From an uncultured Acidimicrobiales bacterium (GTDB lineage: Bacteria > Actinomycetota > Acidimicrobiia > Acidimicrobiales > SZUA-35): 64,000 nucleotides of DNA. Shown here piece after piece: positions 1 to 9,597 of the stretch (position 1 is its first letter; every line of letters begins with the position of its first letter). The notes beneath the pieces are model-generated. The model had not been told where the DNA came from. It made no database searches and was given only the letters and a program-made list of their open reading frames with translations. The translations under genes were made by a program, and so were the position numbers. Location: contig CAVOYW010000008.1 in assembly GCA_963700755.1 (NCBI GenBank), forward strand, positions 141,318-205,317. Reading direction: 5' to 3'.

Positions 1-1
1 G

Positions 2-421
2 TTGACCGCCTCGATCCAGGTGGTGCCGGCCCCGGGCGAATCCCCGATGAACCTGGCGGTGCTGGCCGGCGACTCCGGTGTGGTGTTCGCCGGGGCGTTG
101 GCCAGCTTCGGGGTGACGCCCCTGGCCTTCGACGGCGATCCGGCCGCATGGGCCGACACCCTGCAGTGGCTTTCCCAGGTCGCCGTCACCGTGGTGCCGG
201 GACACGGCGCACCGGGCGGCCGCGCCGATCTCGACGACCTGATCGGCTACCTCCGTGCCGTCGACCGGGTCGACGGCGACGTGTCGGCCCTGCCCGCCGG
301 GCCATGGGACGACTGGGTCAACCGGGAATTCGACGCGGTCAACGTCGAACGGGCGGCGCGACTTCGCCGTGGCGACCGGTCGATCCCCACGGCGATGTTC
401 GAGTTGCTGGGATTCGACTGA
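2..421 (+). CDS. metallo-beta-lactamase-fold hydrolase, C-terminal part (5' end outside window)
   Basis: The ORF is open from the window edge. It contains a VVPGHGAPGG-type His motif, and the stop TGA is at 419-421. Confidence 0.45.
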   Translation: MTASIQVVPAPGESPMNLAVLAGDSGVVFAGALASFGVTPLAFDGDPAAWADTLQWLSQVAVTVVPGHGAPGGRADLDDLIGYLRAVDRVDGDVSALPAGPWDDWVNREFDAVNVERAARLRRGDRSIPTAMFELLGFD

Positions 422-439
422 GTCCGAGCCGGAGCCCGC

Positions 440-919
440 TCAGACCAGTTGGGCCTCGACCTGCTCCATGGCTGCGTCCTCGGAGACATCGAGAGCAAAC
501 GAGAGTTCCGAGACGAGGACCTTGCGAGCTTTGGAATACATGTTCTTCTCGCCGGCCGAGAGGCCCTTGGCCGCATCGCGCAGGGCCAGGTTCCGAACCA
601 CTTCGGCGACCTGATAGACGTCACCGGACTTCAGCTTCTCCTGATGGTTCTTGAAGCGGCGGGACCAGTTGGCCGGCTCACGCACGTCCTTCTTGGCCAG
701 CAGCACGAAGAGGTCCTCGACGTCTTCGAGACTGATCGGTGGTCGCATTCCCACGTCGTCGACGCGATCGACGGGCACGCGGACCGTCAGTTCGTCGTGC
801 GCGGTCTTGAGAACGAAGTACTTCTTCTTCTCGCCGTTGATCTCGATGGTCTCGGTCTTTTCGATGATGGCGGCCCCATGATGGGGGTAGACGACGCGGT
901 CGCCGGTCTTGAACGTCAT
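440..919 (-). CDS. carD: CarD family transcriptional regulator (RNA polymerase-binding)
   Basis: The ATG at 919 gives MTFKTGDRVVYPHHGAAIIEK...YFVLK, the canonical CarD N-terminal Tudor-like domain. The product is 159 aa. The longer ORF upstream of this start is not protein-like. Confidence 0.9.
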   Translation of the reverse strand: MTFKTGDRVVYPHHGAAIIEKTETIEINGEKKKYFVLKTAHDELTVRVPVDRVDDVGMRPPISLEDVEDLFVLLAKKDVREPANWSRRFKNHQEKLKSGDVYQVAEVVRNLALRDAAKGLSAGEKNMYSKARKVLVSELSFALDVSEDAAMEQVEAQLV

Positions 920-1050
920 GTGACTCCTCGGACAAGGTCCACCACAGAAAGCGGATACTCCCAGGATGGCAGAACGAGCCGCGATTACCCACCCGCGCCG
1001 ATGAGCATTGCTCCCGAATCGCGTCGATCGGTTCGGTTCATCCGCCGAGA

Positions 1051-1269
1051 TCAGATGACGGCATCGATGATGCCGACCATCATCGACAACACCATGGCGA
1101 TCACGGCGATCAGCATGAAGAAGAACGTCCCCGGTCGCCGCTTGTAGAGCGGAGGGATGTCGGGTTCGCTCGGGGCGGTGCGGGGCGTGGTGCGACCCGA
1201 ACCCGAACGTGCCGATGACGAGGCACCGGCCGACGTGGTTCGACCCCGGCCCGGTTTCGATCGAGTCAT
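1051..1269 (-). CDS. small membrane protein with a basic/Ser-rich N-terminus and one C-terminal TM helix
   Basis: A GGGAGG Shine-Dalgarno lies 4 nt before the ATG at 1269. The hydrophobic tail is FFFMLIAVIAMVLSMMVGII. I recognised no family. Confidence 0.5.
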   Translation of the reverse strand: MTRSKPGRGRTTSAGASSSARSGSGRTTPRTAPSEPDIPPLYKRRPGTFFFMLIAVIAMVLSMMVGIIDAVI

Positions 1270-1417
1270 GATGCCTCCCTGCGCGCAACGCCATCGGTTT
1301 CGGGGTCGATCGTAGCCGTGGCACCCTTCGGGCCGGCCGACCCGTATCGTCAGATCGTCGAACACTCCGCAATCGCGGGCCCAGGCCGATGGATGACCCG
1401 TGTCGAAAGGAAGCCTC

Positions 1418-2431
1418 GTGTCACGAACGATTCTGGTCACCGGGGGCGCCGGCTACATCGGCAGCCACACGTCCATCGCCCTGCTCGATCGGGGCTTCGA
1501 GGTGGTCATCGTCGATGACTTCTCGAACAGTTCCCCACGGGCGGTCGACGCCGTCCGGCGTCTCTCGGGGCACGACGTCACGCTGATCGAGGCCGACCTG
1601 ACCGATGCCGCGGCCACGCGGGCCGTCTTCGACGGCCACGCCATCGACGCCGTCGTGCACTTCGCCGGGTTGAAAGCCGTCGGCGAGTCGTGGCAGCAGC
1701 CGCTGCGGTACTACCGGACCAATCTCGGCTCGACCATGAACCTGCTCGATGCCATGGCCGAACACGAGGTGTTCGACTTCGTGTTCTCGTCGTCGGCCAC
1801 GGTCTACGGCGACCCCGAGATCCTGCCCATTCCCGAGTCCGCACCGACCGGCGCCACCAACCCGTACGGCCGGACCAAGCTGATGATCGAGCAGATCTGC
1901 GACGATCTCGCGGCCAGTGACGACCGCTGGCGCATGACGATGCTGCGGTACTTCAATCCGGTCGGCGCACACCCGTCGGGCGATCTCGGGGAAGACCCGG
2001 CCGGCGTCCCGAACAACCTCGTCCCGTTCGTGATGCAGGTCGCCGTCGGTCGCCACCCCGAGGTCGCGGTCTACGGCGACGACTACGACACTCCCGACGG
2101 CACCGGTGTCCGCGACTACATCCACGTCGTCGACCTGGCCCTGGGCCACCTCGCCGCACTCGAGCACCTCGAACCGGGCTGCGCCCACTACAACCTGGGG
2201 ACCGGCAAGGGCGCGTCGGTCCTCGACATCATCCGGACAGCCGCCGAGATCAGTGGGCGGCCGGTACCCCACCGGGTGCAGCCCCGTCGGACCGGCGACA
2301 TCGCCACGTCACTGGCCGATCCGCGCCGGGCCCAGGAGGTGCTCGAGTGGCGCGCCGACCGCAGCCTGGAATCGATGCTCCGAGATGCCTGGCATTGGCA
2401 GTCGAAACACCCCAACGGTTTCGCCGACTGA
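1418..2431 (+). CDS. galE: UDP-glucose 4-epimerase
   Basis: The protein has a VTGGAGYIGSH Rossmann motif and the YGRTK catalytic Y-x3-K, with GalE-like sequence along its full length. The GTG at 1418 is preceded by AAAGGAAG. An alternative GTG lies at 1400. Confidence 0.9.
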   Translation: MSRTILVTGGAGYIGSHTSIALLDRGFEVVIVDDFSNSSPRAVDAVRRLSGHDVTLIEADLTDAAATRAVFDGHAIDAVVHFAGLKAVGESWQQPLRYYRTNLGSTMNLLDAMAEHEVFDFVFSSSATVYGDPEILPIPESAPTGATNPYGRTKLMIEQICDDLAASDDRWRMTMLRYFNPVGAHPSGDLGEDPAGVPNNLVPFVMQVAVGRHPEVAVYGDDYDTPDGTGVRDYIHVVDLALGHLAALEHLEPGCAHYNLGTGKGASVLDIIRTAAEISGRPVPHRVQPRRTGDIATSLADPRRAQEVLEWRADRSLESMLRDAWHWQSKHPNGFAD

Positions 2432-2480
2432 GCGAGCGCTGGGCGACCGGGACGGCCCGACACCGCCGTGGATCCCCCGG

Positions 2481-2768
2481 CTACGCCTTGGGTTTCTTCG
2501 GGTCCTTCAGCTGTTCGTAGATCTCCTTGCAGGTCGGACAGACGGGGAAACGTTGCGGGTCACGGCTGGGAATCCACTTCTTGCCGCACAACGCCTCCAA
2601 CGGTGTTCCCTCGATCGTGCTCGGCAGGATCTTGTTCTTCTTCACGTAGTGGGCGAAACGGTCGTGGTCGCCTGCGTCGGTGGTCTGACGATCGACGCGC
2701 TCCTCGGTGATCAGGTCGGTGTCGAGATCGCTCATCGGACCATCTTCGCCGTTCGGGTGGTCACCCAC
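2481..2768 (-). CDS. DUF3039-like small conserved actinobacterial protein
   Basis: FAHYVKKNKI...ALCGKKWIPSRDPQRFPVCPTCKEIY resembles the DUF3039 family as I recall it. The start is uncertain, with an alternative ATG at 2735. Confidence 0.6.
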   Translation of the reverse strand: MGDHPNGEDGPMSDLDTDLITEERVDRQTTDAGDHDRFAHYVKKNKILPSTIEGTPLEALCGKKWIPSRDPQRFPVCPTCKEIYEQLKDPKKPKA

Positions 2769-2794
2769 AACCGTCGACCCGGGCCGACGCCGGA

Positions 2795-3475
2795 TCAGGA
2801 GGCGACACCGCTCGCCGTCAGCTGCCAGGCTGCGGCGATTGCGGCTTCGTCGAGTTCACCGCTCGAGCGGGCCAGCACCGTGTTGTTGCCGTCGAGGTAG
2901 ACGACGAAGGGGAAGCCACCGGCGCCATAGCTGACCAGCGCCTCACCGGACTCGGTGTCTCGCATGATCGGAGAGGTCCAGCCGACCCCCGTCTCGAGCC
3001 ACTTGCTGGCCGGATAGTTGCCCCGGCCGGCGCTCACCGAGGTCGACACGGCGTAGACGTCCATGCCCTCGGGCTGCGAGCCTGCGTCGATCAGCGCCTG
3101 CACTCGCGGGGCCTCGGCCTGGCAGTGAACACACCAGTGGGCCAGGAAGTAGACGGCCTTGGAGCGCCCGTCGGCCTCGATGACCACCTCGTTGCCCTCG
3201 AAGTCGGTGCCGACGAGCTTCGGTGCGACCATGCCGACAGCCTCGTCGTTGGCCGCCGTGGTCAACCCACCGACTTCGGGCATCTGTGGGAGGGCGTCGC
3301 CCTCGATGCTGACCGGTGCGGTCTGGACCACCGAGTCGGGGTCGGACGATCCCGCACCCGAGGTCGCAACGATCGCAACGGCGGCCGCTCCCAGGATGCA
3401 GATCGCCACGATGGCGAGGATGAAGCCCTTGTTGCTCGACTGCTGCGAGTTGTAGCTCTTCGTGGTGGTGGTCAT
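2795..3475 (-). CDS. membrane-anchored TlpA/ResA-like thioredoxin-fold thiol:disulfide oxidoreductase
   Basis: The protein has an N-terminal TM anchor and a WCVHCQ CxxC motif. AGGAGG precedes the ATG at 3475. The start overlaps the upstream gene's stop as ATGA. Confidence 0.8.
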   Translation of the reverse strand: MTTTTKSYNSQQSSNKGFILAIVAICILGAAAVAIVATSGAGSSDPDSVVQTAPVSIEGDALPQMPEVGGLTTAANDEAVGMVAPKLVGTDFEGNEVVIEADGRSKAVYFLAHWCVHCQAEAPRVQALIDAGSQPEGMDVYAVSTSVSAGRGNYPASKWLETGVGWTSPIMRDTESGEALVSYGAGGFPFVVYLDGNNTVLARSSGELDEAAIAAAWQLTASGVAS

Positions 3476-4029
3476 GGTGTGGCCTCCTTGGGGCGAAGCA
3501 ACGCTAGTGGGACGAAGACGAGAACCAGACCGAACGCTGCGAACGCCATCGTCGGGATGGTCACGAACCCCCACGTGTTGACCCAGCGACCCGAGCACGG
3601 GTTGAGGGGATCACACGAGGAGGCGAACAGGTTCGGGTATTGCTGTTCGATGCGGTGATAGGTGGACACGCCGATCCCGATCACCGAGAGACCGAACGCC
3701 AGCCATGCCAGATTCGGCTTCTTGATCAGGAGTGCGAGTCCGAGGACGATCGACGACGGGTACATGAAGAAACGCTGCACCCAGCAGAGCTGGCAGGGGT
3801 CGAATCCTGCGACCTCGGAATAGTAGAGGCTGCCGAGCATGGCGGTGGTCGGTGCGATCCAGGCCATCACCAGGGCCAGGGGTCGGATCTCGTCGATCAA
3901 GCTTCGCACTGCCGCCGGGAGCGAACCCGTCGTCAACCGGACGACCCCGAGAACGAGCGCGGCGATGTTCACGGCCATGGCACCGACGAACAGGATGGCG
4001 AGGAACAGATTGACGGTCTCGACGGGCAT
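3472..4029 (-). CDS. DsbB/BdbC-family disulfide bond formation protein
   Basis: The protein has four TM segments, a first Cys pair CQLC and a second Cys pair in the SSCDPLNPCSGRW loop. It is translationally coupled to the thioredoxin-like gene. Confidence 0.75.
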   Translation of the reverse strand: MPVETVNLFLAILFVGAMAVNIAALVLGVVRLTTGSLPAAVRSLIDEIRPLALVMAWIAPTTAMLGSLYYSEVAGFDPCQLCWVQRFFMYPSSIVLGLALLIKKPNLAWLAFGLSVIGIGVSTYHRIEQQYPNLFASSCDPLNPCSGRWVNTWGFVTIPTMAFAAFGLVLVFVPLALLRPKEATP

Positions 4030-4256
4030 CTGCCACTTTCGTTGCCGAGGACGGGGGCGCCGACTCGGGCTCAAGCATGGTGCATACGACGCGCCACGGC
4101 GCGCACCGAAGACCAGTGAACCCCATCGAGGATAAAGCCGACATCAACGCCCGCGTCGGCTGCGCAGGCTGGGGCGACGGTGCATCGAACGAGACCGGGA
4201 TTTCCCTTACGCCCCGACCCCCTTTTCGTCGGACCCGTTGGATACCCTCGGCGACC

Positions 4257-5402
4257 GTGCATCTGGCCCTGCGGGAACTCCTTCGAGCGAAACTGCGCTT
4301 CGCCCTGTTGTCGTCGGCGATCGGCCTGCTCGTGTTCCTGATCCTCTTCCAGCAGGCGTTGTTCGGTGGACTCGTCACCAGCTTCATCGGCGCCATCGAC
4401 AACCAGAACGCTCCCATCCTCGCATTCGGCGACCAGGCCCGGACCAACGTCGAGGCCAGCCTGATCTTCCCCGGACAGCCCGAGCAGATCGCCCAGGTCG
4501 ACGGCGTCGGACGCACCGGACGGATCGGCGAGAACACGTTCACGGTCCAGGCCGGAGGCGAGCGCCGCGACGCCGCGATCTTCGGCTATGAACTGGGCGG
4601 TCTCGGTGAGCCGACCACCCTGATCGAGGGCCGTCTTCCGGAGGGGCCGTTCGAGGGGGTGGCGTCGGCGGCCGACGCCGGAGACGGCTTCGACATCGGC
4701 GACGTGATCGAGGTGGTGGGCACCGCGACCAGCGACCCCGACGAGCCCGACACGGCGATCACGATCGTCGGATTGGCCGAGAACCTGCAGTGGAGCGTTC
4801 AGGCCACCGTCTTCGTGTCGTTCGACACCTACGAGGCCTCCCGCCGGCACGTCCAACCCGACTCGACCGTGCTGCCGTCGCTGATCGCCGTCGCCCCGAC
4901 CGATGGCGTCGACCCGGCCGACCTCGCCGCCCGGATCACCGAGGCCGTTCCCGGCATCGAGGCCGTGACCCGTCAGCAGGCCGTCGACGGCAATCCTGGG
5001 GTCCAGGGCGTCAACAGTTCGTTCGCCATCATCCTGGCGCTGGCCTTCATGGTCGTCGTCCTGGTCGTGGGGTTCTTCTTCCTCATCCTCACCGTCCAGA
5101 AGTCCAAGCCCCTCACCCTGCTCCGGGCAATCGGCGCCCCGGCCTCCTACCTCGTCAAGAACCTCCTGGTCCAGATCGTGATCGTCATGGCGATCGGTGT
5201 CCTCATCGGACTCGGGCTCACCCTGGCCGTCGGCGCGGCGACGACCGGCGGTGCCATCGACGCGACGCTCGACCCCGCAACCGTGATCCGCACCGTGGCG
5301 CTGCTGTCGGTGCTCGCGCTCCTGGGTGGTCTCACGTCGGTGCGTCGGGTCCTTCGGATCGATCCCATCCGGGCCACGGTCGACTCCGGGAGCAGCCTGT
5401 AA
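4257..5402 (+). CDS. ABC transporter permease, FtsX/MacB-type
   Basis: The N-terminus VHLALRELLRAKLRF is followed by a large extracytoplasmic domain and a C-terminal FtsX-like 3-TM bundle. The GTG at 4257 was chosen by homology logic, and the ORF is open from 4077. Confidence 0.75.
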   Translation: MHLALRELLRAKLRFALLSSAIGLLVFLILFQQALFGGLVTSFIGAIDNQNAPILAFGDQARTNVEASLIFPGQPEQIAQVDGVGRTGRIGENTFTVQAGGERRDAAIFGYELGGLGEPTTLIEGRLPEGPFEGVASAADAGDGFDIGDVIEVVGTATSDPDEPDTAITIVGLAENLQWSVQATVFVSFDTYEASRRHVQPDSTVLPSLIAVAPTDGVDPADLAARITEAVPGIEAVTRQQAVDGNPGVQGVNSSFAIILALAFMVVVLVVGFFFLILTVQKSKPLTLLRAIGAPASYLVKNLLVQIVIVMAIGVLIGLGLTLAVGAATTGGAIDATLDPATVIRTVALLSVLALLGGLTSVRRVLRIDPIRATVDSGSSL

Positions 5403-6520
5403 TGCGCCTTGCCCTGATCGAACTGATCCGAAAGCCGGGCCGCTTCGCCGTCGCCGGAGGCGCCCTGACGCTCCTCACCCTGCTCTTGTTGTTCCTCGGA
5501 GCACTGCTCGACGGCCTGTACCTCGGTTCGACCGGAGCGCTTCGATCGCAGCCCGATGGGGCCGTGGTGTTCAGCGCCGACGCCCGGCAGTCGCTCCTGC
5601 GTTCGACCATGACGACCACCGATCGAGACACCATTGCCGGCATCGATGGTGTCGCCCGAGCCGGTGGCCTCGGTGTCACGCTCCTCGGCGTGAGGATTCC
5701 GGGTGAGGCCGAGATCGCAGACGGTGCAGTCCTCGGCTACGAACTCGAGTCCGACGCCGTCCCCGCCCCACCGCCCGAGGGCTTCGCCTGGGTCGACCAG
5801 GCACTCGAGGGCCTCGGGGCCGAGATCGGCGACATCTTGTCGATCGGACCCAACGAGTACCCCGTGACCATCGACGGCTGGGTCGACGACACCAACTTCC
5901 TCGGACAGAATGGAATCTGGGTGGCACCGGCGACCTGGCGAGCCGTCCAGAATGCCAATCGTCCCGATGCCCAGCTCGGCGACGACGAGTTCCAGGCCAT
6001 CATCGCCGAGTCGGCCGACGGGGTCAGTCCATCGGCCCTGGCTTCGAGCATCGATGCTGCACTGGCTGTCGATGGTGAGAATCGAACCGAATCGCTCACC
6101 CGCGACGAGTCGGTCGAGGGACTTCCCGGGGTCCGGGAACAGAACAGCACCTTCAACGCGATCATCGGCACCACCTTCTTCGTCGTCGGACTCGTCGTCG
6201 CCCTGTTCTTTGCTCTCCTCACGCTCGAACGGATCGGCCTCTACTCGGTGCTCAAGGCCTTCGGCACTCCGAGCCGGACGCTCGTCCTCGGCGTCGCCGT
6301 CCAGGCCATGGCCGTCGCCGTCATCTCGTTCCTCATCGGGGCCACACTCACCTGGGTCCTCGCCCTCGGTATTCCGGCAACCGTTCCCGTGCAGTTCACC
6401 CTCTCGCGTGCCGCCTTCACCTTCATCGGCATCACCATCACCGCCGTCATCGGCGGGCTGATCTCGTTGCGCCGCATCATCACCGTCGACCCCGCTGCCG
6501 CCATCGGCGCGGGACTCTGA
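5402..6520 (+). CDS. ABC transporter permease, FtsX/MacB-type (second subunit)
   Basis: MRLALIELIRKPGRF begins a protein with the same architecture as the previous gene. Its start overlaps the previous stop (TAATG). Confidence 0.75.
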   Translation: MRLALIELIRKPGRFAVAGGALTLLTLLLLFLGALLDGLYLGSTGALRSQPDGAVVFSADARQSLLRSTMTTTDRDTIAGIDGVARAGGLGVTLLGVRIPGEAEIADGAVLGYELESDAVPAPPPEGFAWVDQALEGLGAEIGDILSIGPNEYPVTIDGWVDDTNFLGQNGIWVAPATWRAVQNANRPDAQLGDDEFQAIIAESADGVSPSALASSIDAALAVDGENRTESLTRDESVEGLPGVREQNSTFNAIIGTTFFVVGLVVALFFALLTLERIGLYSVLKAFGTPSRTLVLGVAVQAMAVAVISFLIGATLTWVLALGIPATVPVQFTLSRAAFTFIGITITAVIGGLISLRRIITVDPAAAIGAGL

Positions 6521-6532
6521 TCAGGAGCCCCC

Positions 6533-7204
6533 ATGCCCGCCCTCGAGCTCAACGACGTCCGCAAGGTCTATCAGTCGGGTGACAGTCAGGTCGTTGCCCT
6601 CGATCACGCCACGCTCCGTGTCGCCGACGACGAGATCGTCGCCTTGGTCGGGCCGTCGGGCTCGGGCAAGACGACGTTGCTGTCGATCGCCGGTGGGCTG
6701 CTGACCCCGTCGGAGGGCTCGGTCACCGTCACCGGGGAGCAGATCGAGGACTACTCCGACAAACAGCTCACGAAGTTCCGCGGCGAGCGCATCGGCTTCG
6801 TCTTCCAGGCGGTCAACCTGGTCCCGTTCCTCAATGCCCGCGAGAACCTGACCGTCGTCGCCGAGATGCGGGGCAAGGGCGGTGCGGCGGCGCGGGCTCG
6901 GGCCGAGACCCTGCTCGACGAGCTCGGCCTCAAACACCGGATGAAGAACCTGCCCGAGCAACTCTCGGGTGGCGAGCGTCAGCGGGTTGCCATCGGCCGG
7001 GCCCTGATGAACGAACCCCGCCTGGTGTTGTTCGACGAGCCGACGTCGGCGCTCGATTCGAAGCTCGGTGTGCAAGTGATGGAGCTGATCCGCTCCGAGG
7101 TCAAGGGGCGGAACATCGCCGCCATCATCGTCACCCACGACACCCGGATGACCGACTACGCGGATCGCACGGTCGAGATCAGCGACGGCCGCCTGGTGGC
7201 CTGA
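6533..7204 (+). CDS. ABC transporter ATP-binding protein (MacB/LolD-like)
   Basis: The protein has Walker A GPSGSGKTT, the signature LSGGERQR and Walker B LVLFDEPT. Confidence 0.92.
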   Translation: MPALELNDVRKVYQSGDSQVVALDHATLRVADDEIVALVGPSGSGKTTLLSIAGGLLTPSEGSVTVTGEQIEDYSDKQLTKFRGERIGFVFQAVNLVPFLNARENLTVVAEMRGKGGAAARARAETLLDELGLKHRMKNLPEQLSGGERQRVAIGRALMNEPRLVLFDEPTSALDSKLGVQVMELIRSEVKGRNIAAIIVTHDTRMTDYADRTVEISDGRLVA

Positions 7205-7207
7205 ACC

Positions 7208-7924
7208 TCACACCGATTCGAGCGACTCCGGCGAGAAGTCGAACAGCTGCTCGAGGAGACTCCACCCGACGAAGCCGGCGAGGGTCTTCGGCTCGGCGCC
7301 GGCGGGCAGCGAACGAACCATGGTGTCGGCATCGGGATCGAACGGCGCGTGAAGGGCGGCACCGTCGGCCGTTGCCGCAACGGCTCGGACCACGACGGCC
7401 ACGGCCTGCTCGAAGTCGAGACCATGGGACGTGTCGACGACACCCTGACGCTCGTCGATCAGCCGGGTGTAGCCGGCGGTCAGCACGTCGAGTCGGCGGC
7501 TCAGCGACGACTCGAAGGCAGCGACCGAGTCCGCCGCCTCGGACCGTTCGTCATCGGGGGCGAAGGCCAACAGCGCCCGGATCGTTGCCGTGGTCTGTGT
7601 CCGGCGTGACGTCGAGTCGTCGGACCCTGATCGACGGTCGCCATCGGAGTCGGCGCCGGTCAAGTCGATGATCTCGGGTCCCTCGTCCGCTCCGGCCTCT
7701 TCGACGAGACGCCGACGAACCGCAGCCTGGAAGGCCGCCTGATCGGGCCACAGACGTTCGTGCACCGATGCTCGTGTGATCCGGGCGCCCGACGTGGCCT
7801 CGAGCCGGCGAAAGACCCTCGCATAGGTGATGCCTTCGAGGCCGGTTCCCAAGCCCTCCGCGTCAACCAGGTCGACGGCGGCGTCGAGCACCAGCGACTC
7901 CAATTCCGATCGGCTCCTCCGCAT
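7208..7924 (-). CDS. putative TetR-like transcriptional regulator
   Basis: The N-terminal helix-turn-helix-like region is LVLDAAVDLVDAEG...ITYARVFRRLEATSGARITRASVHERLWPDQAAF. The family assignment is weak. Confidence 0.45.
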   Translation of the reverse strand: MRRSRSELESLVLDAAVDLVDAEGLGTGLEGITYARVFRRLEATSGARITRASVHERLWPDQAAFQAAVRRRLVEEAGADEGPEIIDLTGADSDGDRRSGSDDSTSRRTQTTATIRALLAFAPDDERSEAADSVAAFESSLSRRLDVLTAGYTRLIDERQGVVDTSHGLDFEQAVAVVVRAVAATADGAALHAPFDPDADTMVRSLPAGAEPKTLAGFVGWSLLEQLFDFSPESLESV

Positions 7925-8074
7925 GTGGTTCACCCTAGAGCCGGCCTCTGCCGACCATGAGTGCCTGATGACCTGTCGCCGATGGTCAGTTCTGCCCGGA
8001 TGGTGTCGGCCCGCGGATGGGTTCGGCGGCCCCCACCATTCGACCATCGGACCTCACGATGGAAGACTCCGACC

Positions 8075-8914
8075 ATGACCAACGATGCTCCTCCGAGTCC
8101 CTCACCGACACCCGACGGGATCAGGCGGTTCGGTGACACGGCGGTCTGGGTCGACGAGCAGCACGTCGCCACCGTCGAGATCCAGCGACCGCCGAACAAC
8201 TTCTTCAGTCTCGCCATGTTGCACGATCTGGCTGCGGCCGTTCGGTGGTGCGAGACCGACACGCCGTCCCGGGTGATCGTGCTGTGCGCCCAGGGGAAGA
8301 ACTTCTGCGCCGGAGCGTCCTTCGACCCGGCCGAGGCTCGTCTGACCTCGGCATCGAACACCGACGCCGAACTGGCCGACCGACACATCTACGACGAGGC
8401 CGTCGAGCTGTTCTCGGCCGCGCTCCCGATCGTGGCCGCCGTGCAGGGGGCAGCCATCGGCGGCGGCCTCGGTCTGGCCTGTATGGCCGATTTCCGGGTT
8501 GGTGGACCGGCGACGCGTCTGTCGGCGAACTTCGCTCGGCTGGGATTCCATCAGGGGTTCGGTCTCAGCGTGACCCTGCCTGCCCTGGTCGGCCAGCAGC
8601 ATGCTCTGGAACTGCTGTATACCGGAGCACGCATCGACGGCGAGCGCGGGCACGCCATCGGGCTCCTCGATCGATTCGTCGACGACGACACCATCCGGTC
8701 GACGGCACACGATCTGGCCGTGGAGATCGCTCGCTCCGCCCCCCTGGCCGTGCGGTCGATCAAGGCCACGATGCGTGGCCATCTGCCGGCCGCCATCCGC
8801 TCTGCCACCGATCGCGAGCGGGCCGAGCAAGAACGGTTGACGCAGACGAACGACTGGACCGAAGGCGTCAAGGCCATGGCCGAGCGCCGGCTCCCGAACT
8901 TCACCGGCACCTGA
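8075..8914 (+). CDS. enoyl-CoA hydratase/isomerase (crotonase) family protein
   Basis: The protein has a CAQGKNFCAGASFD oxyanion-hole region and a crotonase fold throughout. The ATG is at 8075. Confidence 0.85.
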   Translation: MTNDAPPSPSPTPDGIRRFGDTAVWVDEQHVATVEIQRPPNNFFSLAMLHDLAAAVRWCETDTPSRVIVLCAQGKNFCAGASFDPAEARLTSASNTDAELADRHIYDEAVELFSAALPIVAAVQGAAIGGGLGLACMADFRVGGPATRLSANFARLGFHQGFGLSVTLPALVGQQHALELLYTGARIDGERGHAIGLLDRFVDDDTIRSTAHDLAVEIARSAPLAVRSIKATMRGHLPAAIRSATDRERAEQERLTQTNDWTEGVKAMAERRLPNFTGT

Positions 8915-9042
8915 CCACCACGCTCGGCCCACTCGACACCGCCGAGCGCCGGCTCCCGAACTTCACCGGCACCTGACCACCACGCTCGGCCCACTCGACA
9001 CCGCCGAGCGCCGGCTCCCGAACTTCACCGGCACCTGACCAC
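8879..9042. repeat. perfect 62-bp tandem repeat of about 2.65 copies, containing the 3' ends of both convergent flanking genes
   Basis: Copies at 8879-8940 and 8941-9002 are identical. A partial copy at 9003-9042 is identical over 40 nt. Confidence 0.97.
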
Positions 9043-9597
9043 GCCCACCTCGGAGGCGAGGTGGGTCATCGGGACGTCATACGGGTCGACGGGAAGGGGC
9101 GAGACGATGTAGCCATCGCTGATGCCGACCCGGAGTGCGTCGGGGCGAAGACGGGCGAGGAATCGGTCGTAGAATCCGGCACCGAAGCCGACACGGTTTC
9201 CCGCGAGGTCGAAGGCCAGTCCGGGAACCAGGACGATGTCGATCTCGTCGACACCGATCCTGGTGGCGTCCTCGACCGGCTGGCGATAGCCGAAGCGGTG
9301 CCGCTCCCAGGGGGAGTGGGCCGGGTGGACCGTGAGCGTGCGGCCATCCGTCGGCGTTCGCGTGAGCGCGAATCGGGCCAGGGGTCCACCGCCCGGACGC
9401 TCCACCTGCTCGAGGGGCCGCAGATCGATTTCGCCCGGCATCGGGTCGTAGAGCACCACCCAACCTCGTGGGCTCTGTGCGGTCAGGAACCGGATGAGAT
9501 GGCGACGAACCCGGACGCCATCGGCGACGAGACCGGCCCGATTGGCGATCGCCCGCCGACGCCATTCGGCCTTGGGGATGGGGGCTGAGGACACCAT
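9025..9597 (-). CDS. 5-formyltetrahydrofolate cyclo-ligase
   Basis: The sequence IVLVPGLAFDLAGNRVGFGAGFYDRFL is typical of the MTHFS family. The ATG is at 9597. Confidence 0.85.
   Translation of the reverse strand: MVSSAPIPKAEWRRRAIANRAGLVADGVRVRRHLIRFLTAQSPRGWVVLYDPMPGEIDLRPLEQVERPGGGPLARFALTRTPTDGRTLTVHPAHSPWERHRFGYRQPVEDATRIGVDEIDIVLVPGLAFDLAGNRVGFGAGFYDRFLARLRPDALRVGISDGYIVSPLPVDPYDVPMTHLASEVGVVRCR

Noticed and set aside
8879-9042. Tandem repeats (also 29706-29776 and 11175-11317) as possible CRISPR arrays.
   Set aside because: The units are directly adjacent with no unique spacers, they overlap coding 3' ends or lie inside a CDS, and there are no cas genes in the window.
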